Below are positions 1-7,804 of a stretch of 64,000 nt of DNA, piece after piece. The stretch lies in NCBI GenBank assembly GCA_947085855.1, contig CAMTYB010000001.1:213788-277787 (forward strand), given 5' to 3'. Position 1 is the stretch's first letter. Each line of letters starts with the position of its first letter. The DNA is from an uncultured Candidatus Saccharibacteria bacterium (lineage in GTDB: Bacteria > Patescibacteriota > Saccharimonadia > Saccharimonadales > 2-12-FULL-41-12). Below the pieces are notes generated by a model, which made no database searches, had not been told where the DNA came from, and was given only the letters and a program-made list of their open reading frames with translations. The translations under genes and the position numbers were made by a program.

Positions 1-65
1 AGATAATTCTGCTCGGTGCCGCTAATTTTGGCGGATTTTTCTACAAAAGAAACTGTTTGACTCAT
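1..65 (-). CDS. 5' end of an unidentified gene running off the left edge (partial)
   Basis: A reverse-strand ATG at 63-65 opens a frame (MSQTVSFVEKSAKISGTEQNY...) that stays open to position 1. Only 21 codons are visible and there is no recognisable motif. Confidence 0.25.
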   Translation of the reverse strand, partial: MSQTVSFVEKSAKISGTEQNY

Positions 66-68
66 GAC

Positions 69-482
69 TTAATCACTATACGGCATCTCGTCGTCATCCT
101 TGACGATCCAGCCACCAGCGAAGGGGTAGCCCCTTCGTTCTTGCTCAGTCTTTTTAGCTTCAGCAGCCTCAGCCTCGGCTGTCTTTTTAGCCAATAGCTT
201 TTGGAATTCAAATTCGATAATATCACAGGCTAAGGCTCCAAGCATTTCTTCCTTATCCCAGTGCTCCATCATCTTTTCACCAAGTTGATACTTTTCCCGA
301 AGGGTAGCAGACGGCTCCGTTCGCCACATCTGGTCATGGCACGCTCGCTGCGCATCAATCACGCTTTTAAGGCCATTGGTAACGGTCTCAAACGTAATGA
401 TCGCCACGGGCAACTCTAAATAATCCTGTTGATATTCGGTCAAAAGGATTTGTTCGGCTGTAAAATTAACCATGTGTGTCAT
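69..482 (-). CDS. Hypothetical protein, 137 aa
   Basis: Longest ORF in the region, with ATG at 482 (alternative at 473). It has a charged helix KKTAEAEAAEAKKTEQERR and an acidic C-terminus. No family recognised. It sits about 50 nt downstream of the hairpin-terminated leader/ncRNA candidate. Confidence 0.5.
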   Translation of the reverse strand: MTHMVNFTAEQILLTEYQQDYLELPVAIITFETVTNGLKSVIDAQRACHDQMWRTEPSATLREKYQLGEKMMEHWDKEEMLGALACDIIEFEFQKLLAKKTAEAEAAEAKKTEQERRGYPFAGGWIVKDDDEMPYSD

Positions 483-530
483 CTATATAGGATTCCTGAG
501 ATTAGTTTGATGCTAGCACAACCGCATAGC

Positions 531-573
531 AATAAAAAGAGCCTCCAGAGGGGGTGGGCACCGCTGGAGGCTC
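531..573 (-). terminator. Intrinsic terminator / attenuator
   Basis: Reverse strand: GAGCCUCCAG, a 15-nt loop, CUGGAGGCUC, followed by UUUUUAUU. Confidence 0.6.
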
Positions 574-891
574 ATTACACCCTTCAACCCACCCGGGACA
601 AAGCACATGGCCTGCGTATTCGCCTAGGTCCAGCGCCTCTGAGAATACAGAATCTGGGGGACTTGTCCATTGAATCGGGTACTGATTTAACATTTTCTTC
701 ATAAATGAATTCTATAATCAAATCGGTAGTTAAAGGGATTAGTATGTTTTAGAGCCTATAACAGTAATAGTTATAGAAGCGAAACATCATGTGGAGGGTA
801 ACAACATGGTCCGCAAACTCTAAAACAATCTAACATTGGGGGTATGGAAGGTGCTTAAATACTGATACCAAAGGCATTTCAGTACTTACAA
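531..891 (-). ncRNA. Candidate ~355-nt structured RNA or attenuating leader (family unknown)
   Basis: Bounded by promoter 898-926 and terminator 531-573. It contains a 9-bp helix (816-808 pairs with 754-746) that encloses two hairpins, and a GGGUGGG/CCCACCC pseudoknot option. The only ORFs have no RBS and run through the terminator. Confidence 0.4.
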
Positions 892-897
892 ATTGCA

Positions 898-926
898 ATT
901 TTAGCAAAAATATTCTTTGGTGTCAA
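898..926 (-). promoter_or_regulatory. Sigma70-type promoter TTGACA-17-TAAAAT
   Basis: Reverse strand: TTGACA (926-921), a 17-nt spacer, TAAAAT (903-898). Confidence 0.6.
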
Positions 927-941
927 TACTTTTTCACGAAC

Positions 942-1640
942 TTGTGCATTATGCAAAATTTCATTATAGAACGATTAGCCATAAGCAGTCTGTCAGACAG
1001 TAGGCTACGAAGATCACTTTGCGCTAGTAAACCGGCTGTTTCTCATCTGTTTTACAGGGGTGACATCAGTCTACTCGCCAAAGATCGGGCACGCATTGCC
1101 ATCATTGGCACGCGCAAAATGACGCCAGCGGGCAGGGAAGCAACCTATCTACTGGCTGAAGCGGCCGCCAATAGTGGGGCAGTGGTCATCAGCGGTCTCG
1201 CGTTTGGAGTAGACACTGCCGCACACCAGGCCACATTAGACAGCGGAGGCAGGGCAGTTGCCATACTACCAGGTAGTCTTGAAGGAGTATATCCGGCACA
1301 TCACCAGCAACAAGCCATGCATATTATAAAGAGCGGGGGATTACTACTCAGTGAAGAGCCGTATCTTTTGCATCCAAAGAAATACCACTTTATCCTGCGC
1401 AATCGCATTATTGCCGCTCTGGCTGATATTATTCTGGTCATCGAAGCACCACACAAAAGTGGCAGCCTACACACAGTGGCGTATGGCACAGACATCAATA
1501 CGCCGATTGCAGCCGTACCCGGCGCTCTTAATAATCCGCAAGCCGCCGGTACCAACCTTCTTATAAGAGACGGTGCGCATGTCATTACATCGCCCGATGA
1601 CCTGCTACAACTCTTGCAGAAAGCGCCGGGCGGCACCTAA
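942..1640 (+). CDS. dprA: DNA processing protein DprA (Smf)
   Basis: DprA Rossmann-core motifs are present: IIGTRKMTPAGRE, VISGLAFGVDTAAH, RNRIIAALADIILVIEAPHKSGSLHT. The start could be TTG 942 or ATG 951. Confidence 0.85.
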   Translation: MCIMQNFIIERLAISSLSDSRLRRSLCASKPAVSHLFYRGDISLLAKDRARIAIIGTRKMTPAGREATYLLAEAAANSGAVVISGLAFGVDTAAHQATLDSGGRAVAILPGSLEGVYPAHHQQQAMHIIKSGGLLLSEEPYLLHPKKYHFILRNRIIAALADIILVIEAPHKSGSLHTVAYGTDINTPIAAVPGALNNPQAAGTNLLIRDGAHVITSPDDLLQLLQKAPGGT

Positions 1641-1724
1641 CACAGAAATGCTTGCAAAGTAAACACAAACAAAGTAGTCTATCAACTCGTACCGACAAGC
1701 GGTATACTAAAGCACAACCAATAT

Positions 1725-4031
1725 ATGTCTAATCCAAAAAACCTCGTAATCGTTGAGAGTCCAGCCAAAGCCAAGACCATCGAAAAGTATCTTGGCAAGG
1801 ATTTTAGTGTCAAAAGTAGTTTTGGCCATATTCGAGATTTGCCCAAAAAAGGACTGGCCATAGATAAAGACAACCACTTCGCACCTACCTACGAAATTGC
1901 AGCCGACAAGAAAAAGGTTGTGAGCGAACTCAAGAAAGCTGCCAAATCAGCTGATGCAGTCTGGCTTGCAAGTGACGAAGACCGTGAAGGAGAAGCTATT
2001 GCTTGGCATCTCTGTCATGCTCTTGGTCTCAAACCAGAAGAAACCAAGCGCATTGTCTTTCACGAAATCACCAAACCAGCTATCGAAGCAGCCGTCAAAA
2101 ACCCGCGCACCGTCGACATCAACCTCGTTGACGCTCAGCAAGCCCGTCGCGTTCTGGACCGCCTTGTCGGGTATGAACTATCGCCGGTTCTCTGGAAGAA
2201 AGTCCAAACTGGCCTCAGCGCAGGACGCGTCCAATCAGTCGCTGTCCGCTTAATCGTAGAGCGCGAACGCGAAATCATTGCTCACGAAGCCAAATCGCAA
2301 TTTAAAGTCTCTGGCAACTTTACAAGTAGCAACAGTGAAGCCGTGGAGCTCGTCGGCGAACTACCAAAACCACTGCCCGATGAAGCAGCCGTCCAAGACT
2401 TCTTGGGCTCACTTTCAAGCAGTAGATTTACCATCCACTCCTTAGCCAAGAAGCCGGGCACGCGCAATCCAGGCCCACCATTTACAACCAGTAGCCTACA
2501 GCAAGAAGCTTCTACTAAGCTTGGTTTCAGCGTCAAGCAAACCATGACCCTCGCGCAGCGCCTCTATGAAAATGGCCACATAACCTACATGCGTACCGAC
2601 AGCGTTAATCTGTCGCAGCAGTCGCTCAACGACGCCAAGTCTTATATAGGTAAAGAGTATGGCGACAAATATCATCAAGTGCGTACCTACAAAACAAAGA
2701 GTGCTGGCGCCCAAGAAGCCCACGAAGCGATTCGGCCAACTAACTTTTCTACTACAACGGCTGGGGCCGACGAACAGCAAAAGAAACTCTATGGTCTCAT
2801 CTGGAGACGAGCCCTAGCCAGCCAAATGGCCAGCGCCCAGATTGAGCGTAGTGAAATCGCCATCGCCATCAGTAATCGACCCGAGCAATTTGTTGCCAAA
2901 GGCGAAATTCTACAGTTTGATGGCTTTATCAAGGTCTATGGCGGTGGCAAAGATGACACCATCCTACCATCGGTCAAAGAAGGCGAAAATCTTACACTCA
3001 ACAGCGTGCGTGCACTTGAGTCATTCGACCGACCACCGGCTCGATATTCCGAAGCTTCGCTTGTAAAAAAACTCGAAGAACTCGGCATTGGCCGACCAAG
3101 CACCTACGCGCCAACTATTTCAACCATCCAAACTCGTAATTATGTAGAAAAGCGTGACGCCGACGGTGTCGAACGAAAACTGCGCGTCTTTACACTCAAG
3201 GACGGCACGATTACCCCTGACACCAAGACCGAAACTACCGGTGCTGAACGCAATCGCCTCATCCCAACCCATTTAGCCGACATGACCACCGACTTCCTAA
3301 CCAAGCACTTTGCTCCCATTGTCGACTACGACTTTACAGCTCGTGCCGAACAAGAGTTCGATAAAATCGCCGATGGTGATGCGCAGTGGCAAGCCACCAT
3401 TGAAGAATTTTATAAATCATTTCAGCCTTTAATAGAAAAGTCGGCCGATGTTAGCCGCGTCGAAGCCGCCCAGGCCCGCGTCCTTGGCAATGACCCCAAG
3501 ACCAAACAGCCAATTATGGCCCGCTACGGTCGGTTTGGACCAATGCTACAGAAGGGCGAAACCGAATCCGAAGAAAAGCCAGCTTTTGCACCGCTACCAG
3601 AAGGCGCCACCTTGACCACGGTCACGCTCGAGCAAGCCCTCGAAATGTTCAAGCTACCACGCACCGTAGGAGTTACTCAAGACGGGGTAGAAATCAAAGC
3701 TAACATTGGTCGATTTGGACCATATGTCCAGATAGACAAGCTATACGTCTCTATCAAGCCACTTGATCCACTGACCATCACCGAAGCTGAAGCTCGGGAA
3801 CTCTACGCCGAACGACTCAAAAAAGAGGCTGAAAAGTATATCCAGCAGTTCGATAACGGCATTTCTATCATTAACGGCCCATATGGACCATACATCACCA
3901 ATGGCAAAAAGAACGCCCGTATTCCAAAATCCGAAGATCCGTCCAAGCTCACCAAAGAACAAGCCACTGAGCTGCTCGAAAAGGCCCCCGACCGCAAAAA
4001 GCGGGCACCACGTCGCCGCAAATCGTCTTAG
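1725..4031 (+). CDS. topA: DNA topoisomerase I
   Basis: TOPRIM N-terminus LVIVESPAKAKTIEKYLG and active-site region ITYMRTDS. The C-terminal domain carries Cys-free GRFGPM/GRFGPY/GPYGPY repeats and a basic tail RKKRAPRRRKSS. Confidence 0.95.
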   Translation: MSNPKNLVIVESPAKAKTIEKYLGKDFSVKSSFGHIRDLPKKGLAIDKDNHFAPTYEIAADKKKVVSELKKAAKSADAVWLASDEDREGEAIAWHLCHALGLKPEETKRIVFHEITKPAIEAAVKNPRTVDINLVDAQQARRVLDRLVGYELSPVLWKKVQTGLSAGRVQSVAVRLIVEREREIIAHEAKSQFKVSGNFTSSNSEAVELVGELPKPLPDEAAVQDFLGSLSSSRFTIHSLAKKPGTRNPGPPFTTSSLQQEASTKLGFSVKQTMTLAQRLYENGHITYMRTDSVNLSQQSLNDAKSYIGKEYGDKYHQVRTYKTKSAGAQEAHEAIRPTNFSTTTAGADEQQKKLYGLIWRRALASQMASAQIERSEIAIAISNRPEQFVAKGEILQFDGFIKVYGGGKDDTILPSVKEGENLTLNSVRALESFDRPPARYSEASLVKKLEELGIGRPSTYAPTISTIQTRNYVEKRDADGVERKLRVFTLKDGTITPDTKTETTGAERNRLIPTHLADMTTDFLTKHFAPIVDYDFTARAEQEFDKIADGDAQWQATIEEFYKSFQPLIEKSADVSRVEAAQARVLGNDPKTKQPIMARYGRFGPMLQKGETESEEKPAFAPLPEGATLTTVTLEQALEMFKLPRTVGVTQDGVEIKANIGRFGPYVQIDKLYVSIKPLDPLTITEAEARELYAERLKKEAEKYIQQFDNGISIINGPYGPYITNGKKNARIPKSEDPSKLTKEQATELLEKAPDRKKRAPRRRKSS

Positions 4032-4064
4032 TCACTAGGGGTAATTATAATGCTAATGCATAAA

Positions 4065-4094
4065 TTGGTATTGTATTTTATTTCGTGGTACAAT
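4065..4094 (+). promoter_or_regulatory. Possible promoter TTGGTA-18-TGgTACAAT
   Basis: Extended -10 at 4086-4094. It would give either a ~300-nt leader or a separate small transcript. Confidence 0.35.
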
Positions 4095-4243
4095 TAGTTC
4101 ACAAATTTAGGCTAATCTGTTTTGGTATAGCAACGTAGGGGCCACATACAGCTCGCTCACAGGCGCTCATAGCAAACAAACAACAGGGGCACCGCTGTCG
4201 AGCGATAAATTTGGAGGGGTGAAACATTTACAACAACATATAC

Positions 4244-4272
4244 TTGACTCAGTATGATTTTAGTGATATAAT
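4244..4272 (+). promoter_or_regulatory. Sigma70-type promoter TTGACT-17-TATAAT
   Basis: Hexamers at 4244-4249 and 4267-4272. The ~125-nt leader contains hairpin CAGATAC/GTATCTG (4320-4346). Confidence 0.6.
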
Positions 4273-4404
4273 TATACTTAAGGTTACCGTAGATGTTGCT
4301 TTATAGCCTTCTATCTTCACAGATACCAAACACCTGTCTGTATCTGATGAAAGCACCATAACAACCCAGAGAATAGGCAAGAATAATAAGGAGCCACCAC
4401 AGCT

Positions 4405-5430
4405 ATGACGCAAGCGCATATCGAAGAACTGGTTAACAACATACTCAACACGATTGAGCGAGAGCGAGAACGTGAAATTGTGTCACGCCGTTATGGACTT
4501 TTTGATCGCAAAGAAACACTCGAACAAATAGGGGAACTCCTTGGCATCACACGCGAACGCGTTCGTCAGCTTGAAAAATCAGTTATGTCACGTTTGCGTG
4601 CCAGCGCCGAAGCAGGCGACCTACCAGGTTTAACAGATTTCCAAGAAACACTTGTAACTAAACTCGACTCAGAAGGCAAGGCTTCGCGCATTGCTACCCT
4701 CAGCAGCGAAATTACAGGCGAGAACAGCTCAAAAATTGAGCAGTCACGCCTGTCTTTTATTGCTGAGCTATGCCCGCAATTGATCGTTGTCAACGACAAT
4801 GACTTTTACTTTCAATCGACAGCACTCGCATCAGTCCACGATGAAAAGGGCATTCAAAAGACCATCGCTGCAATCATCGATGCTATCAAGCAAATCGGCG
4901 AGCCGACTCCTATCGACAAGGTAGCCGACAAGGTCAGCGACAGCGACACCAAGCACGTTGAAGCACTCGCCAGCATCTCTAAACAACTTGCTACGCTCAA
5001 CGGCAAATGGGGTCTTGTGAAGTGGCCAACCGTTAATCCAAAGAATATTCGCGACAAGATTTACGTTATTTTGCAGCAAAATGGCAAACATATGCACTTC
5101 AATGAAATCGCTGAAGCTATCAAAGACTCAGACTTTAAGCGCAAAGATGTAACTACGCAAGCTATCCACAATGAACTTATCAAAGACAAGCGCTTCGTCC
5201 TCATCGGTCGTGGCATTTACGCTCTCAAGGAGTGGGGTTACAAGAAGGGCACCGTAGCCGATATTATCACCGAAGTCCTCAAAGACGCTGGCGAGCCGCT
5301 TCATCGCGATGAAATCGTTAAGCGCGTCCTCAAGAGTCGCTACGTCAAAGAAACTACCATTCTCCTGAACCTACAGGGCAAAACCCAGTTTAACCGCGTC
5401 GCCAAAGCAACCTACGCCCTCGCCGAATAG
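4405..5430 (+). CDS. Sigma-70 region-4-like HTH protein with C-terminal HARE-HTH-like modules (no region 2)
   Basis: N-terminus REIVSRRYGL...TLEQIGELLGITRERVRQLEKSVMSRLR resembles a region-4 HTH. It is followed by delta-subunit-like modules ending GKWGLVKW, GIYALKEWGY and ATYALAE. An AAGGAG Shine-Dalgarno (SD) sequence lies 9 nt upstream. Confidence 0.6.
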   Translation: MTQAHIEELVNNILNTIEREREREIVSRRYGLFDRKETLEQIGELLGITRERVRQLEKSVMSRLRASAEAGDLPGLTDFQETLVTKLDSEGKASRIATLSSEITGENSSKIEQSRLSFIAELCPQLIVVNDNDFYFQSTALASVHDEKGIQKTIAAIIDAIKQIGEPTPIDKVADKVSDSDTKHVEALASISKQLATLNGKWGLVKWPTVNPKNIRDKIYVILQQNGKHMHFNEIAEAIKDSDFKRKDVTTQAIHNELIKDKRFVLIGRGIYALKEWGYKKGTVADIITEVLKDAGEPLHRDEIVKRVLKSRYVKETTILLNLQGKTQFNRVAKATYALAE

Positions 5431-5472
5431 GCTACACGGGTCACAGCAAAATTCTCAGGACCTATCATTACC

Positions 5473-6126
5473 ATGCACTACGTTGGACTCGAAGTTGAAG
5501 TACTCACGGGCAGCAGAGCCCTTGATGAAAATCCTTACTATGAAGTGAACGAAGGAGCTGTTCTGGCGGCCTTCAACGATATTCTTCACCGCCCAGACGC
5601 CACCAACGCCAAAGCGCTGATTGTTGGTGAACCCGCCCGGCAGCCATCACCCTGGAATAAAGAAATAGACGACACCACCGTCTATCATCTACCGATGATT
5701 CCACCCAATCCACTGCCTGCAACCGAACTGGCCAGATTCAACACAACGCTAGCTGGCTATTTAATCGACATTGCCGACAGACACACCGAAACCCAGCAAG
5801 CCGCAGAAAGCCGTTTGATGGATCCAGAGAAAGCCTGGAAGCTAAAAATGGGCGGCATCGCCTCGGCTGCCGCACTCTTATCGCAATCTGTTTACATAGA
5901 TCATGCTGCTCAAACTGGCGAGGTTTGGCCGTCAGCCTTTGGAATAGCTCTTGCTAATGGAGTTTGCCTTGGCGCCTACCACGCAGCCCGCTATGCTCAC
6001 AACAACAATCAACAAACCAGAGCAGAGATTCGTGAAAAATATCGAAATCAAGAAATTGACGCTATAAATCAGATCGGACCACTGATCATACCGAGAGCCA
6101 TGGTAACAGATAGCCAACAGGGGTAG
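5473..6126 (+). CDS. Hypothetical protein, 217 aa
   Basis: Only long ORF here. It has a C-terminal hydrophobic stretch (GGIASAAALL..., FGIALANGVCLGAY). No family recognised. Confidence 0.45.
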   Translation: MHYVGLEVEVLTGSRALDENPYYEVNEGAVLAAFNDILHRPDATNAKALIVGEPARQPSPWNKEIDDTTVYHLPMIPPNPLPATELARFNTTLAGYLIDIADRHTETQQAAESRLMDPEKAWKLKMGGIASAAALLSQSVYIDHAAQTGEVWPSAFGIALANGVCLGAYHAARYAHNNNQQTRAEIREKYRNQEIDAINQIGPLIIPRAMVTDSQQG

Positions 6127-6434
6127 CTCCATTACTTACATCTGTTAATATCTACGTAGCCGACAAATACCGAACATTTTACGAACAAAGCGTATGGGTG
6201 ATATTAAAGGGTATGCGTCACAAAGAAGCATCTGAGCCCACAGAATTGAGCAGTAGCTGGCGGCGGGGCAGAAATAATACATTCATACATTGAAAATTTA
6301 ATTAATATTTCTGAATCGGAACGCGGGGAGCAGGATCAACAATCCAATCAAAGTCTGTAATATAACGTCGCACAATATATCTTTTACGACTTACATATTG
6401 CATTTCAAAGAGGTCTACTGATACCCCTCTGCAG

Positions 6435-6462
6435 GGGAGTAATAACGAGTTTTATGCATAAA
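6435..6462. other. dif-like 11-6-11 element GGGAGTAATAA-CGAGTT-TTATGCATAAA
   Basis: The inner ATAA-N6-TTATG core matches the Xer dif architecture as I recall it (E. coli GGTGCGCATAA-TGTATA-TTATGTTAAAT). The outer arms match poorly. Confidence 0.25.
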
Positions 6463-6585
6463 CGGCACGTACATAAATTGCTGAGCCCCGCACAAGCTGC
6501 ATATGGCTTTACTTGGTTACCATACTCAAATTAGCCACTTCTCGGTACTAAAGCGCCGTATATACGCTTTCACGCTGCTGCTGAG

Positions 6586-6636
6586 TTTTCCACAATTTTA
6601 GTGAGATTTTCCATACCGCTTATGACTTTATCCACA
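6586..6636 (+). other. Three DnaA-box-like 9-mers in direct orientation, phased at 21 bp
   Basis: TTTTCCACA (6586), TTTTCCATA (6607) and TTATCCACA (6628), against the consensus TTATCCACA. Confidence 0.4.
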
Positions 6637-6657
6637 GCCATATTTGCAATTTTACTT

Positions 6658-6710
6658 ATTTTCACGCGAAGTATATTTTTTGCGACGTCCCCTCTCCTGC
6701 CCGTGAAAAT
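6658..6710. repeat. Inverted repeat ATTTTCACG / CGTGAAAAT with 35-nt spacer
   Basis: 9/9 complementary arms at 6658-6666 and 6702-6710. An AT-rich tract follows at 6711-6775. Confidence 0.45.
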
Positions 6711-6850
6711 TATTAAATTTTGACTTTTCGGTATTTTTATTTTTTATATATGTTTTTTTATTAATCCTATAAAACACACATGTGCGAACAAAAAACGAAC
6801 AACAAGGGGAGAACGGTCGGGGGATCTCTCGGTTATAGCTACCTCGCTAG

Positions 6851-7804
6851 CTATTTGACGTAGGCTCGTTCTGGTACTCGCACGTCAATATACTCGGCTG
6901 GCTTTGGACCTTTCTGCTCTGCATAGTCGCGGGCTGCAATAAATGTGCCGAAGCTTTTGCGAGCATCTTCGTAGATACTAAACTTAGCATAATAGACAAC
7001 ACCGTCAAAGCGGGTGAACAGCTCCCCTCCCCCTGCGCGCAGTTCACTGACCTGGATGCTGAGTTTGGCGGCGGCAGCTTGGTGCTGAATTTCATTAATA
7101 AAGGCCACCTGCGTACTGGTGAGAGCCTGCTTGCCAACATCAATGCGAGCTTGTGACTCATCAACCACACGAGGTAGATCATCTCGCTTGGGGCTATCCT
7201 GCAACTGACTAAGGTTAACAAGAGCTTTACCAGTGCTATTCAGAAGAAAATCACCTTGGGACGTAGCCAAAACCAAGCTTGGTCGATTCAGCGTAGCGGT
7301 AACCGTTGCTCGGTTAGTAAATAGAGGTGTCGTGACACGCACACTGCTTAGCTCCGGAAATTTATTCTGTAGCTCTGCGGTGATTTTTTGACGGTCGAGC
7401 GTTAGCTTACTATAGCCCAAGAAGCCTTGTTGATTACTGAGTTCGGCGACGGCTTTTTCATATTCGGCAACTGGTCGTACAGCAGCATCTCCACCGGCAA
7501 TAACTACCTTTGGTGCGGCCGATAAGTGAGCCATTACAATAGCTAAAAGTACCCCACCGAGCACCCAAGCAGATAGGATACCTTTCTGGAGCCAGGTACG
7601 ACTAAACTGACGAGCTGTTGGACCTAAGCCAGCTGCCTCAGTATTACGACTTTGTTGCGGCCGTACGTCTGGTGATCTATTAGAACTATACTGAAACGCA
7701 TTCTGCTTTTGACGCATAATCTGTGGCGACCGACCGACCGGTGCTTTCGGTCGTCGCATTACCGTGCGAGCAAGTTGCTTTGTTAAGCGGCTCAGTCGAC
7801 TCAT
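6851..7804 (-). CDS. ftsQ: Cell division protein FtsQ/DivIB-like (POTRA)
   Basis: Basic cytoplasmic N-terminus, a single TM (GILSAWVLGGVLLAIVMAHL), then a POTRA-like segment. It occupies the last position of the dcw cluster, after murG, with a 4-nt overlap. Confidence 0.65.
   Translation of the reverse strand: MSRLSRLTKQLARTVMRRPKAPVGRSPQIMRQKQNAFQYSSNRSPDVRPQQSRNTEAAGLGPTARQFSRTWLQKGILSAWVLGGVLLAIVMAHLSAAPKVVIAGGDAAVRPVAEYEKAVAELSNQQGFLGYSKLTLDRQKITAELQNKFPELSSVRVTTPLFTNRATVTATLNRPSLVLATSQGDFLLNSTGKALVNLSQLQDSPKRDDLPRVVDESQARIDVGKQALTSTQVAFINEIQHQAAAAKLSIQVSELRAGGGELFTRFDGVVYYAKFSIYEDARKSFGTFIAARDYAEQKGPKPAEYIDVRVPERAYVK

Noticed and set aside
429-704. ORFs 429-704 (+, 91 aa) and 502-702 (-, 66 aa) as protein-coding genes
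   Set aside because: Neither has an RBS or a sensible context. Both run straight through a 10-bp GC hairpin with a U-tract and lie inside a promoter-to-terminator unit, so I treat the region as RNA rather than coding.
531-891. Identifying the candidate RNA as RNase P RNA, tmRNA, SRP RNA, 6S RNA or a T-box
   Set aside because: GGACAAGUCC and GGGUUGAAGGGUG superficially recall RNase P CR-I/CR-II. However, their spacing (~80 nt) and their position next to the 3' end are wrong. There is no GGGG...CCACCA tRNA-like closure or tag ORF (tmRNA) and no GGAA/AGCA domain-IV motif (SRP). The downstream gene is not an aaRS or amino-acid gene, and the T-box 14-mer is not matched.
6127-6850. Calling this region oriC outright
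   Set aside because: The phased DnaA-like boxes and the AT-rich tract are suggestive. Against that, no dnaA or dnaN is adjacent, and flanking genes converge on the region rather than diverge from it. Perfect TTATCCACA 9-mers also occur elsewhere in the window, so single boxes carry little weight.
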